Assembly (NCBI GenBank): GCA_034411995.1
Contig: DAOUME010000022.1
Coordinates: 3,965 to 67,964, forward strand
Source of the DNA: Anaerolineae bacterium
GTDB lineage: Bacteria > Chloroflexota > Anaerolineae > UBA7937 > B3-Chlor
Length of the DNA stretch: 64,000 nt
Direction of reading: 5' to 3'
A program made the position numbers and the translations under genes. This document shows, piece after piece, positions 27,647-36,460 of this stretch. Under the pieces are notes generated by a model, which worked only from the letters and a program-made list of their open reading frames with translations, made no database searches and had not been told where the DNA came from. Every line of letters starts with the position of its first letter. Position 1 is the first letter of the stretch.

Positions 27647-30600
27647 TTGGTGGCTCAAGAGGATCGCCCACAGGCAACCGCCCCGCCGGAGAGCCGTCGG
27701 GAGATCGAGGGTCTCGTCCAGCGCTTCGCCCGCAACCGCGACGTGTACACCCGCCCCGACTACAAAGAGACCCAGGTCCGCGTGGAGTTCATCGACCCCT
27801 TCTTCGAGGCCCTGGGCTGGGACGTGCGCAACGTCAAAGGGTACGCGGAACAGTACAAGGACGTGGTCCACGAGGACGCCATCAAGATCAGCGGGGCCAC
27901 CAAGGCCCCCGACTACTGCTTCCGCGTGGGCGGGGTGAGGAGGTTCTTCCTGGAGGCCAAGAAGCCCTCCACCGCGGTCAAGGGTGAGGTAGGCCCGGCC
28001 TACCAACTGCGCCGCTACGCCTGGAGCGCCAGGCTGCCCCTCAGTCTGCTCACCGACTTCGAGGAGCTCGCCGTCTACGACTGCCGCCAGCGGCCCCGGC
28101 CCACCGACAAGGCTGGCGTGGGCCGGGTGATGTATTACACCTTCGACCAGTACCTGGAGCGCCTGGACGAGATCTACTCCATCTTCGCCCGGGAATCGGT
28201 CCTCAAAGGCTCCTTCGACCGGTACGTGGAGGACACCAAACGCCAGCGCGGCACCAGCGAGGTGGACGTGGAGTTCCTCAAGGAGATCGAGGGCTGGCGC
28301 GACGAGCTGGCCCGCAACCTGGCCCTGAGGAACCCCCAGCTCTCCGTCCACGAGCTGAACTTCGCCGTGCAGCGCACCATCGACCGCATCATCTTCCTGA
28401 GGATGTGCGAGGACCGGGGCATCGAGAGGTATGGCGGCCTGCTGGGCCTGACCGCCGGTCCCCACGTCTACGACCGTCTGGGGGAGCTGTACCGCGAGGC
28501 CGATCAGAAGTACGACTCCGACCTCTTCGACTTCCAGGCGGACAGACTGACCAGGTCCCTCTCCCTCGACGACAAGACCCTCAAGCCCATCCTCTCCGGC
28601 CTGTACTACCCCGACTGCCCCTACGAGTTCTCCGTGCTCCCCCCGGAGATCCTGGGCCAGGTGTACGAGCAGTTCCTGGGCAAGGTCATCCGCCTCACCG
28701 CGGGCCACCGGGCCAAGGTGGAGGAGAAGCCGGAGGTGAAGAAGGCGGGCGGCGTGTACTACACCCCCTCCTACATCGTGGAGTACATCGTCCAGCAAAC
28801 GGTGGGTCGCCTCATCGAAGGCAAGACGCCCCAGCAGATCTCCAAGCTGCACATCCTGGACCCCGCCTGCGGCTCCGGATCGTTCCTGCTGGGCGCTTAC
28901 CAGCACCTGCTGGACTACCACCGGCGCTGGTACGAAGAGCACGACCCGGAGAAGTACGCCACGGCCAAGCGCCCCGCCCTGTACCAGGGCCGCGGGGGCG
29001 AGTGGCGGCTGACCACGGGGGAGAAGAAGCGCATCCTGCTCAACAACATCTACGGCGTGGACATCGACCGCCAGGCGGTGGAGGTGACCAAGCTGAGCCT
29101 GCTGCTCCAGGTGCTGGAGGGAGAGAGCCAGGAGACGTTGGGCCAGCAGTTGAAGCTGTGGCGGGAGAGGGCCCTGCCCGACCTGGGGGAGAACATCAAG
29201 TGTGGCAACTCCTTGATCGGCCCGGACTACTTTGAGGGGCAGTTGCTGCCCGACGAGGAGGAGATGCGCCGGGTGAACCCCTTCGACTGGGAGAAGGAGT
29301 TCCTCCAGATTATGAAGGCGGGCGGCTTTGACGCGGTCATCGGGAACCCGCCCTACATCCGCATCCAGAGGATCGAGCATAGCGTGGCGGACTACCTCTT
29401 CCGCTCCTATCGGGCTCCGACAAGCAAGACCGACCTCTCTCTGGTGTTTCTTGAGCGCGCTCTGGCCCTAGCAACGGACAGCGGACTTGTCGGCTTCATA
29501 TGCACGTCTCAGTGGCTGTCGACAGACTACGGGCGGAACATGCGGGCCATGCTGTCCGATGGGCGACTTCACCAAGTGGTCGACTTCGGCTCCCTGCCAG
29601 TCTTCCAGAAAGCCAATACATACCCTGCGATCCTGATCCTGAGCCCGACCCGATGCGACGCCCTTGCGCTTAAGCGGATCCGGCGAGGTGAACAGCTGAA
29701 CCTGCCGGGCATCCAAGCTACCGATCCGGTCTTGATCGATCTGGATGGACTATCGGACGACCCATGGAACCTTGGGCGTTTGGATATACCAACGCTGCTC
29801 GGCGAGCGCGGGCTCGAATGGAGACCGCTCAGCGCGTACGCGAACGCGTACATCGGAGTCCTGACCGGCATGGACAGGGCCTTCGTCGTCGAGACGAGGG
29901 CTGCCAAGCAACTCCAGTTGGAGACGGACCTGCTCTTGCCGTACGCGTACCGAGGGGCCGAAGTCCAGCGATATGCTCAGGTGGAGCCTGGGGCCCTGGT
30001 GATTTACCCGTACCGTGAAGGGCCAGGGGGCGCGCCGAGGCTCATCCCCGAACCAGAACTGAGGCGGCACTACCCGAATATCCACCAGCATCTCGTGGCT
30101 CACAAGGATGCTCTGCGTGAGCGAAGAGATAGCCGGAGATTCTACGCGAAGGGGCCAGACTGGTATCGTCACCTGCGCGCGGGCTCCTTCGACTACATTC
30201 ATGCCCGCAAGCTCCTCGTCAAGGGTATTGAGACCCGTACGGTCGTAGGCCTGTTGGACGCGGGGACAGCATTCAATGGCGCGAACTGTCCGGGCGTAAT
30301 CGTCGAAGAGCCACAACAACTCTCGCCTCTCTACATCCTGGGGATCCTCAATTCCGGCGTCATGTCGTATCACCTTCGGATGATCTGCCCGGCGAAGCTA
30401 GGCGGCTACACTAGATTCAATGCTCGCGGCATCAACAGTGCACCCATCCGCACCCTCAGTCGCACAGACCGGGCCGAGGAAGCCCGACACGACAAGATGA
30501 TCGCGCTGGTGGAGCGGATGTTGGACCTGCATGAGAAGCTGGCCGCGGCCACCATCCCCGCCGACAAGAAACTCTACCAGCGTCAGATCGAGGCCACAGA

Positions 30601-30679
30601 TGAGGAGATAGACGCGCTGGTGTATGAGTTGTATGGGTTGACCGAGGAGGAGATCGCTATCGTGGAGGGTCGGGCGTGA
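27647..30679 (+). CDS. type IIG restriction-modification enzyme (fused PD-(D/E)xK nuclease, N6-adenine methyltransferase and specificity domain; Eco57I-like)
   Basis: PDYCF...FFLEAKKP nuclease motif, LDPACGSGSFLL motif I, NPPY at 29345-29356, tail LVYELYGLTEEEIAIVEG; 1010 aa; GAGGAGGAAAG RBS. Confidence 0.9.
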   Translation: MVAQEDRPQATAPPESRREIEGLVQRFARNRDVYTRPDYKETQVRVEFIDPFFEALGWDVRNVKGYAEQYKDVVHEDAIKISGATKAPDYCFRVGGVRRFFLEAKKPSTAVKGEVGPAYQLRRYAWSARLPLSLLTDFEELAVYDCRQRPRPTDKAGVGRVMYYTFDQYLERLDEIYSIFARESVLKGSFDRYVEDTKRQRGTSEVDVEFLKEIEGWRDELARNLALRNPQLSVHELNFAVQRTIDRIIFLRMCEDRGIERYGGLLGLTAGPHVYDRLGELYREADQKYDSDLFDFQADRLTRSLSLDDKTLKPILSGLYYPDCPYEFSVLPPEILGQVYEQFLGKVIRLTAGHRAKVEEKPEVKKAGGVYYTPSYIVEYIVQQTVGRLIEGKTPQQISKLHILDPACGSGSFLLGAYQHLLDYHRRWYEEHDPEKYATAKRPALYQGRGGEWRLTTGEKKRILLNNIYGVDIDRQAVEVTKLSLLLQVLEGESQETLGQQLKLWRERALPDLGENIKCGNSLIGPDYFEGQLLPDEEEMRRVNPFDWEKEFLQIMKAGGFDAVIGNPPYIRIQRIEHSVADYLFRSYRAPTSKTDLSLVFLERALALATDSGLVGFICTSQWLSTDYGRNMRAMLSDGRLHQVVDFGSLPVFQKANTYPAILILSPTRCDALALKRIRRGEQLNLPGIQATDPVLIDLDGLSDDPWNLGRLDIPTLLGERGLEWRPLSAYANAYIGVLTGMDRAFVVETRAAKQLQLETDLLLPYAYRGAEVQRYAQVEPGALVIYPYREGPGGAPRLIPEPELRRHYPNIHQHLVAHKDALRERRDSRRFYAKGPDWYRHLRAGSFDYIHARKLLVKGIETRTVVGLLDAGTAFNGANCPGVIVEEPQQLSPLYILGILNSGVMSYHLRMICPAKLGGYTRFNARGINSAPIRTLSRTDRAEEARHDKMIALVERMLDLHEKLAAATIPADKKLYQRQIEATDEEIDALVYELYGLTEEEIAIVEGRA

Positions 30680-30828
30680 GCGGACGGCGCAGCTGGTCGA
30701 GCCGCACATCCGCTGGTAGGCGCGATGGCCCCGAATCTCGCAATCAGGGCAACCCAATGGGCAGCTAGGTTCGACAGCCGGCCGCGGCCGTGCGGATATT
30801 GGCTGGGCCGGGAGCGCGGAGAGTTGGA

Positions 30829-31656
30829 GTGACCGCAGTTGTAGGCGTAAGTTTCCTCTCGGAAGTCATAATGATCGCAGATACTAGGGTGTCCTGGCCA
30901 GGCGCCCCACGGCCACCAGCAGATATGTTGCGGAAGCTGTACCCGGTCTTTTCGCCGCGAACTCCACAAAAGGCAGCTGTGCTGGGTTTCTCCGGCACAA
31001 TATCGGCGGCCAAAACAGTAATGATACACCTCGTGAAGGACAAGCTTCGCAACTACAATCGGCCCCTGATAATGGTCAATCTGAAAGACCATTTGAAGTG
31101 CTGGATAGAAGAAGTGACGGTGACCTGCCTGAGTCCGAGGAGCAGAACCGGCCTCACCTTCATGCTCTGCGGGCTTGAACCCTCCCGCACTGCTGCTGCA
31201 AGAAAGGGAAACGCGCTCGTGAGGTATAGACAGATCTTGGAAACCCACATATACGTCTTCAGTGTGAGCCAGAGCACCGGCAGAGTAGACGTGGTGAAGA
31301 AAGGCCTCTTCGCCGTCATTGGCTCGGGTGCAACACTCGAGCGAGAGCTGAAACGGAAGATTCCGCCAATGATCAGGTTCGGATTCAACCAGCCGAATCT
31401 GCATTGGGCACGAGCTCGCTTGGTGGGCGAAGTAGCGCGAGGAGTTTTTGACAGCGGCGGCGCAACCACAGTTGGCGGACCGTTTCAAGTGTTCCGCATC
31501 ACAGCAGAAGGCTTGGTCACCGAGTACATCTGGCCGGCAAGTATACAACCAAGAGACGTCAGCGTACGACAAGAAGGCCAAAAGACCATAATACAGAATC
31601 GAGACCTCAACCAGACTTACACGCTCCATCCCATATGGGACCTGCCATTGCAGTAG
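30829..31656 (+). CDS. proteasome-beta/HslV-like Ntn (threonine) hydrolase homologue, stand-alone
   Basis: GTG 30829 lies 5 nt after GGAGAG and gives M-TAVVGVSFLSEVIMIADTRVS: Thr1 directly after the initiator, Asp17 in ADTR, Lys35 in RKLYPV, later AVIGSGAT and DSGG...FRITAEG; this order matches the proteasome beta fold. Confidence 0.6.
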   Translation: MTAVVGVSFLSEVIMIADTRVSWPGAPRPPADMLRKLYPVFSPRTPQKAAVLGFSGTISAAKTVMIHLVKDKLRNYNRPLIMVNLKDHLKCWIEEVTVTCLSPRSRTGLTFMLCGLEPSRTAAARKGNALVRYRQILETHIYVFSVSQSTGRVDVVKKGLFAVIGSGATLERELKRKIPPMIRFGFNQPNLHWARARLVGEVARGVFDSGGATTVGGPFQVFRITAEGLVTEYIWPASIQPRDVSVRQEGQKTIIQNRDLNQTYTLHPIWDLPLQ

Positions 31657-31679
31657 TGGGCGAACCAGCAAGTGGCGCC

Positions 31680-31811
31680 GCCACCATCCCCGCTGACAAG
31701 AAGCTCTGCCAGCGCCAGATGGAGGCCACCGATGAGCAAATCGACGCGCTGGTGTACAAATTGTATGGGGTGACGGAGGAAGAGATCGCTATCGCGGAGG
31801 GCCGGGGTTGA
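31680..31811 (+). repeat. remnant copy 2 of the type IIG gene 3' end
   Basis: 132 nt align without gaps to 30548-30679 (19 substitutions by hand count); encodes ATIPADKKLCQRQMEATDEQIDALVYKLYGVTEEEIAIAEGRG-stop with no upstream ORF. Confidence 0.9.
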
Positions 31812-31851
31812 CAGCCAGAAACCCGATGCGGTAGGGACCTAGACGGGCGGC

Positions 31852-33510
31852 TTGCGGCATGACCAGACCGGCCTCCTCTCGCAGAGCGCAAGGCCGGGCA
31901 ATGCAGCGACCGGGGGCATCAGGGGAAATACATTGACAACCATCTCGCAGGGTGAACTGAACAACCTGAGCGTGCTCATCGTGGAAGATGCGCGGCAGGC
32001 TCTGGAGATGCTACTACGGTATCAGCAGAAGTACCGCGACGACATCAATTTCGCCGCGAACAAAGGAGGTTTGCTGATTGACATTGGTAGTCGTCTCGGC
32101 GACACCGGTGTTGTACGGCAGGGCATGGCGTCGATTGATGAGTTGCTGCCGAGGGCTGGTGAGCAATCTCGTCCCCTTCTCCTCTACAATCTAGGCAACG
32201 GGTATATGGCGTTGCACTCCATTGCTCGGCGCCAACCTGGCTTCTCATTCGACCCCGATGACACTAGACTCCGTGAAGCCAAGCGCTGTTACCGCGGCGT
32301 GCTGGGAGGATCAGAGCGTCTTGATGCCAACCAACGCGCTGGACTCCGAGTGAACTATGGCAACTGTCTCGCGAGTCTTGGCCGTTCCCTCGAGGCAATC
32401 CACCAATACGAGACGGCTCTCCGCCACGCGCCCAATCACCCCATGGCATGGGGGAACCTGGGAGTTGAGTTGGAGCGCTTCGCGTTCGTTGGTCAAGACC
32501 CGGCCATCCTGCGGGCTGCGAATGAAGGGCTACTCAGGGCTCTTGCAGATGATAGCCTTGAGCAAATGGGAGAGGATTCGGCGCGCCCCGGTTTCGAAAA
32601 GGCGCAGCAACGTATTGCACGGCTGTTGAGCCAGCTTGTAGAAGACGCGGGACTGGGCGGGCCCGAGGTGCCCCAGGCCGCGACACCGTATCATCAAGCG
32701 TACAGCGAGTTCTGTGTGAAGCATGAACTCTTCCTGAATTTCTGTCTGAAGGGCCGCCCATGCCAGCGGGTGGCTGAAGATGCTGTCAGTTTGTCAATTA
32801 CCACGCCACTTGATGACGAGACGACCTACCCTCGGCTCGCACGAGTGGTCAACGAGATCAAAGAACGATACGCGGTCGCCCGCCTACTGCTGTTCGAAGC
32901 CTGCAATCCGCCTCTTGACACTCAGCCATATGACGAGATGACCTACTACGCGGACAATCTCGACTACGCCGTATACGGGATTGGTCCCACCAAGCTGAAG
33001 CTGGCCTTTGAAAGTGCCTACAACATCTTGGACAAGCTGGCCTTCTTCGTCAACGACTATCTCGATCTGGGGATCAAGGTGCGGCTGGTGAGTTTTCAGG
33101 GGCTATGGAAGGAGCGCAAGACGGCCGCTCTCAGGCCTGCGATTGTCGAACGTGGTAATTGGCACCTGTATGGCCTGTACGACCTCTCCAAAGACCTAGC
33201 ACCGACAGGCTACCTTGAGCACCTGCGGCTCACCCGAGACTATCTAACACACCGCTATCTGGTGCTCCATGTTGAGGGGCTAGATTGGCTAACGTCCGCC
33301 GATGGTCCTGGGTACCACTCGGGCTACCGCCAGTTGCTGACCAACACGATCGAATTGATGCGACTCGTCCGCAGTGCGGTCATCTACCTCATCGCCTTCA
33401 TCGACCGAGAGGAGCGCGCGAAACGCCAAGACGGAGAGGGCTCTATTGCACCCATGCGTGTCCCGCCTTATAGGCCTTACCGGTTGGGTCCGCAGGATGC
33501 TCCAATGTAG
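31852..33510 (+). CDS. TPR-repeat protein with C-terminal HEPN-like (Rx4H) domain, LA2681-like architecture
   Basis: TPR-like helices (NYGNCLASLGRSLEAIHQYETALRHAPNHPMAWGNLG); C-terminal RLTRDYLTHRYLVLH (R-x4-H); start uncertain (TTG 31852 or TTG 31933 after AGGGGAAA). Confidence 0.6.
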   Translation: MRHDQTGLLSQSARPGNAATGGIRGNTLTTISQGELNNLSVLIVEDARQALEMLLRYQQKYRDDINFAANKGGLLIDIGSRLGDTGVVRQGMASIDELLPRAGEQSRPLLLYNLGNGYMALHSIARRQPGFSFDPDDTRLREAKRCYRGVLGGSERLDANQRAGLRVNYGNCLASLGRSLEAIHQYETALRHAPNHPMAWGNLGVELERFAFVGQDPAILRAANEGLLRALADDSLEQMGEDSARPGFEKAQQRIARLLSQLVEDAGLGGPEVPQAATPYHQAYSEFCVKHELFLNFCLKGRPCQRVAEDAVSLSITTPLDDETTYPRLARVVNEIKERYAVARLLLFEACNPPLDTQPYDEMTYYADNLDYAVYGIGPTKLKLAFESAYNILDKLAFFVNDYLDLGIKVRLVSFQGLWKERKTAALRPAIVERGNWHLYGLYDLSKDLAPTGYLEHLRLTRDYLTHRYLVLHVEGLDWLTSADGPGYHSGYRQLLTNTIELMRLVRSAVIYLIAFIDREERAKRQDGEGSIAPMRVPPYRPYRLGPQDAPM

Positions 33511-33544
33511 TCCCCAGGTGCCGCGTGCAGAACTCTAGTTCGGG

Positions 33545-33598
33545 GTGCTAGTGTATGAGTTATATGGGTTGACCGAGGAGGAGATCGCGATTGTCTGA
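33545..33598 (+). repeat. remnant copy 3 of the type IIG gene 3' end
   Basis: GTGCTAGTGTATGAGTTATATGGGTTGACCGAGGAGGAGATCGCGATTGTCTGA = (V)LVYELYGLTEEEIAIV-stop. Confidence 0.85.
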
Positions 33599-33631
33599 AG
33601 GGCTTCCTCAGCGCAGAGAGTAGGCTGTAGC

Positions 33632-34135
33632 ATGATTCAGCCTTGGAGCGACCCCATACCGTACGACCTATCCCGCACGCTGCGTCGGGCAAGTGTCCCG
33701 CCGGGGTTCAGCAGTAGTGTGCCGCAGACTCCGGGTACGTACGTGATCTATTGCACCGCTCAACCAGACCTATGTGAAGCTATCATTGATATCGGAGAAG
33801 CTGGCCCGCGCGCCAAAGCGAGACCAAAGGGCCTCCGAGGGAGGCTGGCAACTACAGTTGCCCACACGGCCTCTGAAAGGATGGCCGCTGACGTACAGGC
33901 CGGCAAACTCCCGAACAGACTCCGTGTAGTTTGGATCGAGAGGCCGTCCAAAGAGGACGCCAAGGAGTTACAGGACGCACTTATCAGCCTCTTCCGAACG
34001 GATTGCGGACGCCAGCCGCGACACAACAAGAGACTGGAGCAGCACCCAAAGCCTGAGGCCTTCCTGGCGATTTGCGCCGCCCTGAAGAGGCACATTGGCG
34101 GCCTATTGCGCCACCCGACGGCCCGCTGCGGGTGA
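33632..34135 (+). CDS. GIY-YIG-like nuclease domain protein
   Basis: PGTYVIY...IIDIGEAG...GLRGRL...H...VVWIERPSKEDAKELQDALISLF...P.HN follows the GIY / YIG / R / H / E / N order of GIY-YIG domains. Confidence 0.45.
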   Translation: MIQPWSDPIPYDLSRTLRRASVPPGFSSSVPQTPGTYVIYCTAQPDLCEAIIDIGEAGPRAKARPKGLRGRLATTVAHTASERMAADVQAGKLPNRLRVVWIERPSKEDAKELQDALISLFRTDCGRQPRHNKRLEQHPKPEAFLAICAALKRHIGGLLRHPTARCG

Positions 34136-34244
34136 CCAGACCGGCGTGCCCCAGGTTGGAGTGAGCGCTGCCCCCCGGCGGGCTCAGCCCGAGGGGGCCG
34201 GGGGCAAATCGTTCGGTGCAACAGCAGAATCAAAGGAGGAGGAG

Positions 34245-34691
34245 ATGTCTGAGTTGCTCACTGCTATCGGCGTCGTATCAGCCGCTAGTGTGTCGATCCT
34301 TAGTGTCTTTGTCCCTTCTTACTACGACAGGCAGCACCGCAAGGAGGAGAAAGCCGACGCCGAACTCCGAAGAATAGACGAGACTACCTTGGGTTTTCTA
34401 GCACAGCTCTCGAACTTCCGGCATTGGGAACCCAGGAGCCTTCAGAAGATCGCGGGGGATCGTGCACTAGAGCATCTCTACACCGACTTGCAGGTAGCGC
34501 AGTATGCTTGGGAGCGCGCCGTTTGGCCAAAACTGGGTGATCAAGACCGCGCCAAGGTCGAGACCATCCGCACAAGGCTTGAAGGGGTCCATACCGCCAA
34601 CGACCTGTCGAGACGCGCAAATGAGTCGGATGTTCCTGCATTGGCAGATCAAATCCTCGCATTGGCTCGTGCCGCAAATGGACGGCCCTAG
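34245..34691 (+). CDS. uncharacterised protein with one N-terminal TM helix
   Basis: ATG 34245 after AAAGGAGGAGGAG; LLTAIGVVSAASVSILSVFV helix, then a helical soluble part. Confidence 0.5.
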   Translation: MSELLTAIGVVSAASVSILSVFVPSYYDRQHRKEEKADAELRRIDETTLGFLAQLSNFRHWEPRSLQKIAGDRALEHLYTDLQVAQYAWERAVWPKLGDQDRAKVETIRTRLEGVHTANDLSRRANESDVPALADQILALARAANGRP

Positions 34692-34770
34692 TCGACCAAG
34701 TGTGTTTGGTTTTGGTGTACAGTGTGCACTGACGCACAGCTGCTTCGGCCCAACAATGGCTTGACCCCAT

Positions 34771-34849
34771 GGGGAGATCGACACGTTGGTGTATCACTTG
34801 TATGGGTTGACGGAGGGAGAGATCGCTATCGTGGAGGGGCGATCGCTGA
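34771..34849 (+). repeat. remnant copy 4 of the type IIG gene 3' end
   Basis: Encodes (G)EIDTLVYHLYGLTEGEIAIVEG; a 1-nt indel lies near the former stop. Confidence 0.85.
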
Positions 34850-35029
34850 ACGCGCTGCGCGGACCGGCTACCCCGAAACAGAGTTCGGTGATCTCTCGGG
34901 GCTCGGATGTGGCATGGTGATGGGGACCAACGTTGGGCCACTGCGCCAGTTGAGGTGACTGGGTGGAAAGATGTCCGCATAATCATTAGTTAGCACGCTT
35001 CACGCCGCTGACGCTCGGGAAGGAAAACC

Positions 35030-36085
35030 ATGAGCAAAGAAATCCTAGTGAGAATGGACATACCAATCCCCGCTCACAAAATCGTCAATACACCTGCCAT
35101 GGTTTTCAGCAGGTGGATGCCTCTGGACGAGGATGAGTCTATTGTAGTCCAAGAGGAAAACGCCACCCTGAGGTTATGGTTCGACAGAAGTTGCTGGCAT
35201 AACGTGACTCACGCGGGAGGAGACATACCTAATCACGTGAATGTTCTCGTAGACAAGGTATTCGCAGATGTAACGCTCCGCGACTTGTCTGAGGGTTTAG
35301 TAGACTACATTGAACTCACAGCCACTGAACCTCACCCTCCAGAGAGCCCCTACCAGCAAGAGTACCGGGAGCTAGGACAGAAAGTGTACCTTCTAACTCT
35401 CACCTACCTGAACAGATTGATTAACTACGCACGAAGCATGAAGGGGCAATACTGGCTACAAGAATACCCCCTTAGCGAAGCTGAGGGCCTGTCTACTGTC
35501 AACCTGGCTTTCAAAGCCCGTGTCCTAATCGACTCTGAATGGGTTAGGTGGTTCCCGGATGTCAGGCAGCTAGTTATCGGCAGGGTGGGAGGCTGTCAAG
35601 ACAGAGAGCGTTTCATAGACAAGGACTCCTGGTCACAGGTCAGGAGCTTCATCACATCAAAGCAACGGGCCTCACTTGTCCGGGAACTCCTCGCCGGGGC
35701 AGAGTGGCTCGCTGGAATTGGGCACCGCAGAAGTGCATTGACAGAAGCAATAACAGCACTTGAAGCCGCAATCACCACATTCTCAAACCAGCCCAAAGCA
35801 GAGGAAGCTTTCGGCTCTCTTATTACGGAGAGAATGAACGTGAGCTCACTGAGCAATTGGACTGAAAAGATGGGTTTGTCGGGCACCATTCACTACCTCT
35901 TCCCACTGGTATTCTCTGAAGAGATGATGCCCACCGACATTCTGACAGATTGTCAGGAGGCGATACTAGAGCGCCAGAATGTGGTGCACAACGCTCAGCG
36001 AGATGTTCAGGAAGATAAGCTGTCAGTGTACCTGGAGGCAATTCGCAATATGTGTCGCCTGCTCGAAACTTACCAGCAAACTTAG
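35030..36085 (+). CDS. uncharacterised protein with C-terminal HEPN-like Rx4H motif
   Basis: Visibly AT-richer than its surroundings; GGAAGGAAAA RBS; C-terminal helical region with ILERQNVVHNAQRD (R-x4-H). Confidence 0.45.
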   Translation: MSKEILVRMDIPIPAHKIVNTPAMVFSRWMPLDEDESIVVQEENATLRLWFDRSCWHNVTHAGGDIPNHVNVLVDKVFADVTLRDLSEGLVDYIELTATEPHPPESPYQQEYRELGQKVYLLTLTYLNRLINYARSMKGQYWLQEYPLSEAEGLSTVNLAFKARVLIDSEWVRWFPDVRQLVIGRVGGCQDRERFIDKDSWSQVRSFITSKQRASLVRELLAGAEWLAGIGHRRSALTEAITALEAAITTFSNQPKAEEAFGSLITERMNVSSLSNWTEKMGLSGTIHYLFPLVFSEEMMPTDILTDCQEAILERQNVVHNAQRDVQEDKLSVYLEAIRNMCRLLETYQQT

Positions 36086-36259
36086 TACCTAGTCACGCAG
36101 TCCATCCCGAGAAGAGCGTGGTAACAGGTCGCTGGCGGCGACAGCCCCTGTCGGTGCCAGGCTGCGTGTGGAGCGACGACTCGGCGATACTCCAGGCTAG
36201 CGGAAGAGCGTCGACGAGAAGACTCAGGCACGCGAAATGACCTATCGCTTCTACGAGAA

Positions 36260-36460
36260 TTGTGCGTGCGACCCAAGAAGGCGAAGATACATTTCTCCAA
36301 TTGCAGGTCCTGCAACTACGGATTAGGAAAAAACAAGCACAAGGTGGAAGGGCTTCACGGGAGATGGCACGGCCCATTCTCGACGTTCGAGGAGGCATGG
36401 GACGCAGCACAACACACCGGCAAGAAGCCGACCACCTGCGGCCACTGCAGACCTCGGTGA
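36260..36460 (+). CDS. small CxxC...CxxC zinc-ribbon protein
   Basis: 66 codons: HFSNCRSC...GRWHGPFSTFEEAWDAA...CGHCRP; no clear RBS; TTG/GTG start. Confidence 0.35.
   Translation: MCVRPKKAKIHFSNCRSCNYGLGKNKHKVEGLHGRWHGPFSTFEEAWDAAQHTGKKPTTCGHCRPR

Noticed and set aside
27440-29380. 646-aa ORF on the minus strand
   Set aside because: It is antisense to the well-supported type IIG gene. The protein is low-complexity (Leu/Val/Gly/Ala/Gln/Asp-rich) with no recognisable motifs, which is typical of a shadow ORF from GC3-rich coding. Its end is used only as a marker of the compositional break.
30583-31671. 362-aa minus-strand ORF covering the first cassette
   Set aside because: It is rich in Cys, His, Trp and Ser, has no motifs, and runs into the RM gene end. 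The plus-strand frame carries the ordered proteasome-beta-like motifs and an RBS.
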